Source of the DNA: Promethearchaeota archaeon
GTDB taxonomy: Archaea > Asgardarchaeota > Lokiarchaeia > Sigyniarchaeales > SOKP01
Assembly: GCA_011364925.1 (NCBI GenBank)
Contig: RDOA01000019.1
Location: forward strand, 1 to 58,180
DNA: 58,180 nucleotides
Direction: 5' to 3'
Positions within the stretch are counted from its first letter, which is position 1; each line of letters opens with the position of its first letter. A program made the position numbers and the translations under genes. A model generated the notes under the pieces. That model was not told where the DNA came from. It saw only the letters and a program-made list of their open reading frames with translations, and did not search any database. Shown here in pieces: positions 1-8,054 of this stretch.

Positions 1-440
1 TTCTGTAATTTAATTCTTTCAGATTCTTCTAAAGAAAGAGTCATATCAGTTATTTGGTCTCCAGAGATCAAGATATTTAGCTTTTTAGCCAATTCGCGTA
101 GATACCCAAGATAATATCCTATTCGATACACATTTTTTAGTCCCCCAAATACAAGGTATTCGTCGTTAATTGCTAGAATGATGCTATAACCAGATGTGTT
201 GTGAAGAATTATTTCTGTTAAAGCCCCATGAGCGGTTGCCTCACTTAACCTTAACCCCAGATCAATTAAAGCAGTACTAGAAGCTGATGTAGCATCAGCA
301 TCAAGTTCGGAGGAAGCAGCAGAAGCCACTTTCATACCAACCCTTGATAATACTGCTAAATTTTCTAGGTCAGTTCTTTCTTCCTCGAATCTTAAAATTT
401 TCATCATATTTTCTTGTATACCGGGAGCGAGGGACGACAT
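1..440 (-). CDS. Roadblock/LC7 (LAMTOR-like) domain protein, C-terminus runs off the window
   Basis: Not in the ORF track. Manual translation from ATG at 440 is open to the edge: MSSLAPGIQENMMKILRFEEERTDLENLAVLSRVGMKVASA...ATAHGALTEIILHNTSGYSIILAINDEYLVFGG. This fits the roadblock pattern (hhhs.dG.hhas ... G.l..hhh....G.hhh..h). Confidence 0.75.
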   Translation of the reverse strand, partial: MSSLAPGIQENMMKILRFEEERTDLENLAVLSRVGMKVASAASSELDADATSASSTALIDLGLRLSEATAHGALTEIILHNTSGYSIILAINDEYLVFGGLKNVYRIGYYLGYLRELAKKLNILISGDQITDMTLSLEESERIKLQ

Positions 441-546
441 TTAAAATCAGATTCCTTTTTGGAGTAAGAATTAATTAAATCGTAAATTATTATATTCTTT
501 TAATTTATATCATAAAATCTAGATTAATATATTTTATCATAAATCC

Positions 547-1278
547 TTAAACAAAATCTTTTAAATTCTTCTGCGTAGAGGGCGTGTTATCGAATTTGTC
601 GAAGGAATATCCTGAGATGTCAGTAATAACTTGCTTAATTTCTTCTATAATCTCTTCCAAAGATAAATGATCTGTATCAATTGTGAATATTTTTTTTGTT
701 TGATTGGCTGAAAAAAGAAATTGGTTGTAAAAATGAAGGATTTCTAACAAATATTTTTTATCATCTTCGTTCCATTCTTTTCTTAGCTTTTCAATTGATC
801 CTCTCTGCACAATTCTTTTTAGTATCGTATCTGGCTGAGCTGTGAGATATATGATGTAATCTTCCTTCCACTTTACCGATTTATACATATCTAGAATAAG
901 ATTATAGTCTTTTTCTTTAAGATAAAGGCTTTTTGAATATACTAAGACGCAAAAAGGCGTTCTATCCAGGATAATAACTCTACCATTATATCGATTATCA
1001 AAGTTTGTAACATTTTGATTTCTATGTATTAATTGTTGAAGAAAGTGAATTTCGCTCCGAAAGGCAATTTGTTTATTTTCAGATCCAAAAGGAAAGGGAG
1101 GAATTTTTATGTAACGTTCGGGAAAAAACTTAAATTTACTATTATCTCCTAGGAGATTTTTTAAGTAATTAAATACGGTGGTCTTTCCAACTCCATGTGC
1201 TCCAGCTATAGATATAATAATGTTGTCTTTACTTCCCTTATTGGTATAATAGGTTCTACTCAATATCTCTTTCTCCAC
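547..1278 (-). CDS. Deoxynucleoside/thymidylate kinase family P-loop kinase
   Basis: Walker A GAHGVGKTT, downstream FPER, ILDRT motif, IYL.A....I..RI..RG lid. Confidence 0.75.
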   Translation of the reverse strand: MEKEILSRTYYTNKGSKDNIIISIAGAHGVGKTTVFNYLKNLLGDNSKFKFFPERYIKIPPFPFGSENKQIAFRSEIHFLQQLIHRNQNVTNFDNRYNGRVIILDRTPFCVLVYSKSLYLKEKDYNLILDMYKSVKWKEDYIIYLTAQPDTILKRIVQRGSIEKLRKEWNEDDKKYLLEILHFYNQFLFSANQTKKIFTIDTDHLSLEEIIEEIKQVITDISGYSFDKFDNTPSTQKNLKDFV

Positions 1279-1397
1279 GCCGATTAAACTGTATCGTATT
1301 TAAAAGAACTTATGTAGTTAATTATAACACTAGAGATATTTGATTTTTCTTACTATTAAATTTATATATTAAAGGACAATGAGAACTACTCTAGAAA

Positions 1398-2510
1398 TTA
1401 GAAGTATACAAATAAAATTACTGAAACTATTGTATAAGCCATATTGGCGATAATAGTGGTGAGCAAGTTCTTATTAATTTCATAAACGATCCCTAAGAAT
1501 ATAAAGATCATCAAATTAGGGATAAAGAAATAAATTCCGATAGGTAATGTGAAAAAGAGGAAAAGAGCCGAGTAAACAAGAGCAACAATTAAGATAACAG
1601 CCACTCTACCAAGGAAATTATCCTCAAAATGTGCTTTTAGAGCGTTATGTAATACACCCCTGAAAGCGATCTCGATTGAAATAACTGAAAGACACATTAC
1701 TGTTATCAGTAATATTATAAAAATTAAATTTGTATTTTGAAGAATTAAGTATTGCTCTGCTTGGTTATTAAAAACATCGTTAAAATTGATTCCAGAATTG
1801 ACCATGAACTTAATTATTATTGACCAGAAATTATCGATTAGGATCAATCCAACGCTCCCAATTGCTCCAATAATTAAAGCAAGAATAATATATCTTTTAC
1901 TCGTCATTAAACCTAATTTTTGGAATTTGTGTTTTTTTGATATAATGTAATATAGGGGGTACACTCCAAAAATAATTTCAGTGATTTGATTTAAGAGAAT
2001 AAATGTGAAATCTGTTAATCCCAATTGTAATGTGAAAAGCATAGATACAACTAATTGAATCGTAACGAACGCAATTAAAGAATTAGCAAAAACACTTATA
2101 CCCTCTCTTAAATTCCATTTATTACGTTGTAGAACAAACCTTTGCTCGGGGACCAACTTTTTGTCTGTAAATATATATCCAGTTTTTCCTGAAGTCTTAT
2201 TATCTTGAACAACCGTTTTTTGTTCTGGTAATTTTTCTAATTTCGTATCACAGATAGGACATTGCTCTAAAACAGAAGAAGTAATTATTGATCCACATCC
2301 TGGACATTTACGGGATAAAACTTCTTTTTTTTTTAATACTGGTGTAATTTCTTGCTTTCCAGAGGTAGGTACGCCCGGTTTTATTTTTATGATAAGTTTC
2401 CCACATTTGGGATTAGGGCAATATACCATGTTTTCTTTAATAGTAGTACCACAATACACGCAAAATTTAGCTACTGACTGTTCTTCATCATCTTTTGACA
2501 TTATTCTCAA
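1398..2510 (-). CDS. Double zinc-ribbon + CPBP/Abi (CAAX protease II-like) membrane protein with degenerate catalytic motifs
   Basis: N-terminal CxxC pairs (CVYC, CPNPKC, CPGC, CPIC) followed by a multi-TM region containing LGL and IEIAFRG; the His motifs are missing. Confidence 0.65.
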   Translation of the reverse strand: MRIMSKDDEEQSVAKFCVYCGTTIKENMVYCPNPKCGKLIIKIKPGVPTSGKQEITPVLKKKEVLSRKCPGCGSIITSSVLEQCPICDTKLEKLPEQKTVVQDNKTSGKTGYIFTDKKLVPEQRFVLQRNKWNLREGISVFANSLIAFVTIQLVVSMLFTLQLGLTDFTFILLNQITEIIFGVYPLYYIISKKHKFQKLGLMTSKRYIILALIIGAIGSVGLILIDNFWSIIIKFMVNSGINFNDVFNNQAEQYLILQNTNLIFIILLITVMCLSVISIEIAFRGVLHNALKAHFEDNFLGRVAVILIVALVYSALFLFFTLPIGIYFFIPNLMIFIFLGIVYEINKNLLTTIIANMAYTIVSVILFVYF

Positions 2511-2661
2511 TAAAAAAGAAATTGTAGTCTGCTGAGCTGTACTTAGTTAATTATATAAAATGAGAAATTAAATATTTTATTGTTATTTTATACAAACAAA
2601 AAGATATAATAACATTTGATGGACTATAGCGCAAGAAATTCGCGAACTTATTATTGTATTT

Positions 2662-3924
2662 TTACTGGGAACCTTCTTTTATATGTTTTTTAAATTTTTT
2701 CGTTCTTGAATAGAGTTCCATTAATAATAAATTATGATAAAAAGAAATTGAATCAAAATATCCTTCTCCTAGATCAGATTTGTTCGCAAGTACTAAAGCA
2801 AGTTGAGCGTTTAATGCAGATTTCATAAGCAATTCAACGCCTTTGTAAATTAGATTCGGACTCCATGTTCCACGGTCAGGATTAGCCCACCAGGTAGTAT
2901 CAGAACATATACCTCTATCGTAAAACCATCTGGCAGTCTCAGTATACCTTTTTACTTCCCATTCATCATTTAATTCCAGATTTTCGACTAAATTCATTAA
3001 ATTGTTCAAACTCCGCATAATTTTCCAAAAGAGTGAATGAACGCGATTATCAGGATGATCCCATAAGGGATATGGAATATTTAAATTCATATCATCATAG
3101 GTGGTACTCCAACTAGATTCTTTTGGGATTATTTTTTCGTTATGAGTAGGAAAATATTTCTCTAGATTAGAGATAAACTCTATTTCTATTTCCTTTTCGT
3201 TGTTAATAAGTTCAAAAGATTTACTTAAGAAAGTTCTCTCAAACTTCTTTATATGATGACCAAATGTTTCTGCATCCATTGCTGTAATGCTGTATTTATT
3301 CTTTTCTTTTGTTTCTTGTTTAAAAGTAACTCCTAAATGTGCTACAAATTCTTTTGCGGTAATATCATTAAAGGCAATCTTGTTACTCAATATATCGTCT
3401 CTAAAGAATAGCATTAAACCATTGGGGGAAGTATAGATTTGATCGTAAACCCACTCGCTAGGGCAAGCTATACCACTCATGATTACCCATTTATACCCTT
3501 TTGAACGAATAAATTTTGCAACTTGAGAACTGATTGATAATTCAGGAGGAAAGAATCCAGTTCTTTTCCATTGTTGAAATTCTTGCCTAAGAATTTCTTC
3601 ATTCATTTCAATCTGGCGTTCTGCTTCTTTTTGTGGAATAAGGGGAAGGATAGGATGAAATTTTGCGGTCCCAACAATCTCAATTTTGTTATTCTGTTCA
3701 AGATTTTTCAATAACTCAATTGTGTCGCTTAAATTAAATTCTCTAAGCATTTCTATTAAGACAGCATTAATATTTAGACTAATTTTAACATTATCATGTT
3801 CCTCTAGCATCCTAAATAGAGGTTTATAACATTCTTTATCTATTTGCTTTAGTACCTCACTATTTTGAAAACTAGGTTGATACATGTGTAATAAGGGGGT
3901 CCAGTATATCATGTTAATATTCAC
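2662..3924 (-). CDS. Glycoside hydrolase family 57 (alpha-amylase/amylopullulanase-like)
   Basis: GH57 conserved regions HMYQP, HPILPL, FPPEL (nucleophile Glu) and MDAETFGHH (acid/base Asp). Confidence 0.88.
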   Translation of the reverse strand: MNINMIYWTPLLHMYQPSFQNSEVLKQIDKECYKPLFRMLEEHDNVKISLNINAVLIEMLREFNLSDTIELLKNLEQNNKIEIVGTAKFHPILPLIPQKEAERQIEMNEEILRQEFQQWKRTGFFPPELSISSQVAKFIRSKGYKWVIMSGIACPSEWVYDQIYTSPNGLMLFFRDDILSNKIAFNDITAKEFVAHLGVTFKQETKEKNKYSITAMDAETFGHHIKKFERTFLSKSFELINNEKEIEIEFISNLEKYFPTHNEKIIPKESSWSTTYDDMNLNIPYPLWDHPDNRVHSLFWKIMRSLNNLMNLVENLELNDEWEVKRYTETARWFYDRGICSDTTWWANPDRGTWSPNLIYKGVELLMKSALNAQLALVLANKSDLGEGYFDSISFYHNLLLMELYSRTKKFKKHIKEGSQ

Positions 3925-3973
3925 TCATTAATGATTTTATTATAATCATCAATTCCAAATTTATAACCTTTAG

Positions 3974-5524
3974 TTAATTTGTTTTAATTTGTTTCATCGC
4001 TTTCTGGCGCGAAATACAAGATGAACAATTACCACATGGTTCGTCATAATCCGCATAACAACTCCAAGTAACATCAATAGGGACATTCAATTCGTAAGCT
4101 AATTTCAATACTTCTTCTTTTGTCTTGTTAGAGAAAGGTATTAAAATCTCAATATTGCGTAAATCTTTATCATGTTTTGAAATTTTTATTAAATTTTCGA
4201 GATTTTGAAAGAAATTTTCTCCTACATCAGAAAATTTTTTTATATCCTCGTGAATGTGGCCCCCTATGATTTTATTACAGCCATACATCTCAGCAAAATA
4301 AGCTCCGACCGAGTAAAAAATTAAGTTTTTGAGGGGTATAAATCCTTCTGGAGCATTTTCAGCGGAGGGAATGGGGAAGCCCTCCATTCTTAAATCTACA
4401 GCGCCCATGATGTAGGACATTGGAACCTCTACCAAAGAAACTTTTGCTAATTCGGCTAGTTTTCTACTGGCTTTTATCTCTTTTTTAGGTCTCCATTTAT
4501 AATTTATAGATAATGCAGTGACCTCGTAACCATTATTTAAAGCCCAAAAAAGGGTCGTTGCTGAGTCTATACCGCCAGACAACATGACAATGACTCTATT
4601 ACTTGGATTCTTAATGGGAGAGCTCATTTTTATTCTTACAGCGTTGTTTATCGCTTCTTCTATCGGGGATATTCTAAAACCTAATGCTTTAGACGCAATT
4701 TTACCGTCGGCAATTATATCGCATTTCATTACATCAACCATTTCTGTACATATCCCAAACTTCGAGGAAGCTGACTCGTATGGAACATACTCATATTTTG
4801 GTGGAGGAATATTCAATCCAATATCCTTGATAGCATTTGTTACTTTTCGAACCAAATCTTTCATATTTAATGTCTCCAAACCGACTAAGTTATAGATTAC
4901 ATTGTCTTTTCCCTTCCCTAACGAAGCGTTCAAGAAAGCTGTCACCGCATCCATAACATAAATCGGCTGCATTGGAACTTCACCCGTTCCAGCAATATAT
5001 ACTTTCCCATCATAGATTTGCTCGATGATATCTGGTATTAACTCGTCATTTGATCCAAGAATATAAGACGGTCGAAAAATTACATAGGAAACATCACTAT
5101 TAATTAAAAGCTGTTCTGCTTTACTTTTTGAATAAAAATAATTATTGTTCGCCCATTCTCTCTCACCGTATTTTTCTACTCCTAGACCAGAAGGATAGAT
5201 AATTCTAGATACTCCCACATTTCTCGCAGCTTCAATGACATTTTTCAATCCTTTTATATTGACCTTTACAAACAGTTCTTTACTTCCGCAGACAATGTTG
5301 GCAAAATGAATAACTGCTTCGCAACCTTGAAATGCGGTCTCTAAATCTTTTACAGTAAAATTTTTAACTAAGAAAACCTCAACATTCTTGCTGGTTACAG
5401 ATTCGACAACTTCGCTCCTACGAACAATTGCATTTATCAATAAGTCTCTTTCTAAGGCTCCCTTGATCGTTTGCATTCCAAGATATCCATTTGCACCCGT
5501 TATTGCGATTTTTTGTTTTAACAT
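3974..5524 (-). CDS. queC: Fusion of an atypical SDR/NAD(P)-binding epimerase-like domain (aa 1-299) and 7-cyano-7-deazaguanine synthase QueC (aa 300-516)
   Basis: N-terminal TGANGYLG Rossmann motif, YFYSK (YxxxK) and RPS. C-terminal PP-loop LSGGIDS, FIPLKN, and Zn motif TWSCY...PCGNCSSC. Confidence 0.85.
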   Translation of the reverse strand: MLKQKIAITGANGYLGMQTIKGALERDLLINAIVRRSEVVESVTSKNVEVFLVKNFTVKDLETAFQGCEAVIHFANIVCGSKELFVKVNIKGLKNVIEAARNVGVSRIIYPSGLGVEKYGEREWANNNYFYSKSKAEQLLINSDVSYVIFRPSYILGSNDELIPDIIEQIYDGKVYIAGTGEVPMQPIYVMDAVTAFLNASLGKGKDNVIYNLVGLETLNMKDLVRKVTNAIKDIGLNIPPPKYEYVPYESASSKFGICTEMVDVMKCDIIADGKIASKALGFRISPIEEAINNAVRIKMSSPIKNPSNRVIVMLSGGIDSATTLFWALNNGYEVTALSINYKWRPKKEIKASRKLAELAKVSLVEVPMSYIMGAVDLRMEGFPIPSAENAPEGFIPLKNLIFYSVGAYFAEMYGCNKIIGGHIHEDIKKFSDVGENFFQNLENLIKISKHDKDLRNIEILIPFSNKTKEEVLKLAYELNVPIDVTWSCYADYDEPCGNCSSCISRQKAMKQIKTN

Positions 5525-5662
5525 TTCTTTGACTATTATTTCTGAAGCGAGTTTATATTTAGAGTCTATAACTTAAAAAAGGATTAAACGATCTAAAGTA
5601 TAAACTTTATGATTTTAAAGATTAAATTATATATATTAGAAAAAGATTGAAATTAGATTTCT

Positions 5663-6127
5663 ATGAGTTATAAAGTTATTGTTAAGGAAACACAAATAAA
5701 GTTTAGTGCTTCCCACTTTTTAAAAGAACCTTCTCAATGCTCAAAACTTCATGGTCATAATTACTATGTATCCGTTGAATTAGAAGCTCCTTTAGACGAG
5801 AATTATATCGTTGTAGATTTTATAGAGTTAAAAGAAAAAGTGAAATCTATAGCGGAACCTTTAGATCATCACGTTTTAATTCCTGAGTTATCTAATGATC
5901 TTACAATTTCAGAAACTTCAGAATCAATTGAAATTATAACTAACTCTAATAAGCGCTATGTTTTTCCCAAAATGGATGTGACACTATTACTTTTACCAGC
6001 AACCACTAGTGAGCTTCTAGCTAAATTTTTTCACGATAAATTAAAGGAGATATATCCACATAAGAGAATTACAGTAAAACTAGGAGAAACAAAAAGTTCT
6101 ATTGCCGTTTATCGAGGTGAAATGTAA
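5663..6127 (+). CDS. queD: 6-carboxy-5,6,7,8-tetrahydropterin synthase (QueD/PTPS family)
   Basis: FSASH, CSKLHGHNY, VVDF, LDH and TTSELLA motifs; divergent from queC. Confidence 0.88.
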   Translation: MSYKVIVKETQIKFSASHFLKEPSQCSKLHGHNYYVSVELEAPLDENYIVVDFIELKEKVKSIAEPLDHHVLIPELSNDLTISETSESIEIITNSNKRYVFPKMDVTLLLLPATTSELLAKFFHDKLKEIYPHKRITVKLGETKSSIAVYRGEM

Positions 6128-6136
6128 TAATCAGGT

Positions 6137-7240
6137 CTATTTTTCAATGATGGTCTCTTTAATTTTTGTACCGAAATGAGTTGCACCGGGACCGAGATAA
6201 ACAAGAACTTCATCCCCGATCTTTACGTCGACAATAGAAATTGGAACACCCTCAGAACTAACTAATCGAATCGTTTCTGCGTTTTGTCCAATATAATTGA
6301 TTTTCGTCTTTCCGACTTGATCCTTTATTTCTAATTCCAGCCGTATCATAGGACGCGTTTCTATTTTAACCCTGCCTACTGTAACGATTTTCCCCTCTCC
6401 GTTGGCATTTACCACAAGAACGCGATCTCCCCCCTTTAACTCACTTAGATATTTCGTTTCATACAATTTGTCTTCTTTATCGCTTGGAACTAAAATGTAT
6501 GCTGATACATCCCCTGCGTTTACTCTAAATGGTCTTGAGGAAACAAACTGAGTTTCGAAAACCTCCGCATGCACTAAAGTAAAACCTTTCGCAGTGCTAC
6601 CAACAAGCATTCCTTCTCCAGGTTTTAAAAGCGAAGTAGTATCAACACACACTCGCTCACTTTCAGGGATATTCTGAACATTGATGACTTTTGCTTTAGT
6701 TAATTCAATATTGTAGCCATTTACTATTAATTTTTTCAGTTCTAATATCTCATCTACATTGTGTGGTGTAATTAAGATTCCATCCGTACCAATTTCGAGA
6801 GTCTTTAGCATTAATTCTGCTTCTGTTAGGTTCTCAACTGAAGCTATCAGTTCTGTATCGCTAGTCTGCAATTGAGCGATAAGGTTTTCAAAAGGTATTA
6901 TCTTCCAATCGCTAGCTGATACTATAATAAAATCAATTTCATTAAATTTTGCTAACTCCATAACTTTTTGTTCGTCTGCCTTAACTTTCAACTCTAATTG
7001 AATCCCTCTGTTAACTTCTAATTTCTTACTGCTTTTAAGATGTTCAAGGTTGTCAAATACTAAGTTTTTAACGGGTAAAACTGTATCTCTGCTAAAAGTA
7101 GTAACACGTTCAATTTGGTTCAATTCTGAATAAGTCTCTTTAGAAACCATGAAATTAAGAAGATTCATGTTGAAAGCTTCCTGCATTAAAGCCTTAAAAT
7201 TATCCGTTTTTCTCTCGAAATTTAAAATTATCTTCTTCAT
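6137..7240 (-). CDS. aroB': 3-dehydroquinate synthase II (archaeal AroB')
   Basis: DWKIIPFENLIA, RVCVDT, RPFRVNAG, GRVKIETRP, QNAETIRL and HFG.KI.E.I.EK signatures. Confidence 0.93.
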   Translation of the reverse strand: MKKIILNFERKTDNFKALMQEAFNMNLLNFMVSKETYSELNQIERVTTFSRDTVLPVKNLVFDNLEHLKSSKKLEVNRGIQLELKVKADEQKVMELAKFNEIDFIIVSASDWKIIPFENLIAQLQTSDTELIASVENLTEAELMLKTLEIGTDGILITPHNVDEILELKKLIVNGYNIELTKAKVINVQNIPESERVCVDTTSLLKPGEGMLVGSTAKGFTLVHAEVFETQFVSSRPFRVNAGDVSAYILVPSDKEDKLYETKYLSELKGGDRVLVVNANGEGKIVTVGRVKIETRPMIRLELEIKDQVGKTKINYIGQNAETIRLVSSEGVPISIVDVKIGDEVLVYLGPGATHFGTKIKETIIEK

Positions 7241-7379
7241 TTAATTATCATCAAAGTTTGGACTATGAAAGCTTTATTGACATGAATTTTTTTACTATAT
7301 TAAATTCTATCAAATTTTTAAGTAAATAAAATCATAATAATTATAAAAGAGACACTATAAATTTTCGAGTGATTAGAAA

Positions 7380-8039
7380 GTGTGTGCTAAACTAAAAGGG
7401 AAACTTTTTCCCAGAAAAAGCAAAGAAAAAGAAGAGCTCGTGATTAAAGCTAAAGCTCACATAAGAAAAATAGCATTAGCAAATAAAACTTATAACAAAA
7501 GAGCAGAGATAGCAAGAAAGAACGCAAAAATAGCGTTAAAGAGAGGGGAAAGAAATAGAGCTAAAAACTATCTTATTCAACATAAACAATATCAGATGAA
7601 GGTGGATCGCGCAAACAATATTCGAGCCAAGATTGAACGCCAGATCGAAGCGATTGAGGAAGGACAGATGATTTCTATGACTGGAGACTTAATGGGAGGG
7701 ATTAGAGACGAGTTAAAAACTATTGCCGGTAGCGCAGCGCCTGAAAAAGTAGCAGAGATTGCGGAAGATTCTGAACAATATGTGTCAGAGATTGAAGAGT
7801 CAGCTGAAATCCTTGCCGGAGATCCCGAAATTGACCTAGCAATTGATGTTACTGACGAACTCAACCAACTTGAGACGGAGATGCTTTTAGAACAAGGTGG
7901 GCAAATGCCAGAAGTACCAGATGAAGAGCTTTCATATATTTCAGAATTCGATGAGATAGAAGAAGAACCCGAAATACGGACTAAAGCTAAGCTAGAAGAC
8001 GAAATAGACAAATTAAGAAAAGAGTTAGAAGGAAGCTAA
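7380..8039 (+). CDS. ESCRT-III subunit, Snf7 family (Vps20/Vps32/Vps60-like)
   Basis: Basic N-terminal helical hairpin (AKIALKRGERNRAKNYL..K.Y), acidic C-terminal half with EKVAEI and DELNQLE, MIM2-like MPEVP, and terminal amphipathic helix EDEIDKLRKEL. GTG start. Confidence 0.82.
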   Translation: MCAKLKGKLFPRKSKEKEELVIKAKAHIRKIALANKTYNKRAEIARKNAKIALKRGERNRAKNYLIQHKQYQMKVDRANNIRAKIERQIEAIEEGQMISMTGDLMGGIRDELKTIAGSAAPEKVAEIAEDSEQYVSEIEESAEILAGDPEIDLAIDVTDELNQLETEMLLEQGGQMPEVPDEELSYISEFDEIEEEPEIRTKAKLEDEIDKLRKELEGS

Positions 8040-8054
8040 AAAATTATAGCTTTA

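Noticed and set aside
7592-8011. Ser-rich 139-aa antisense ORF
   Set aside because: It is the mirror of the Glu/Asp-rich ESCRT-III codons.
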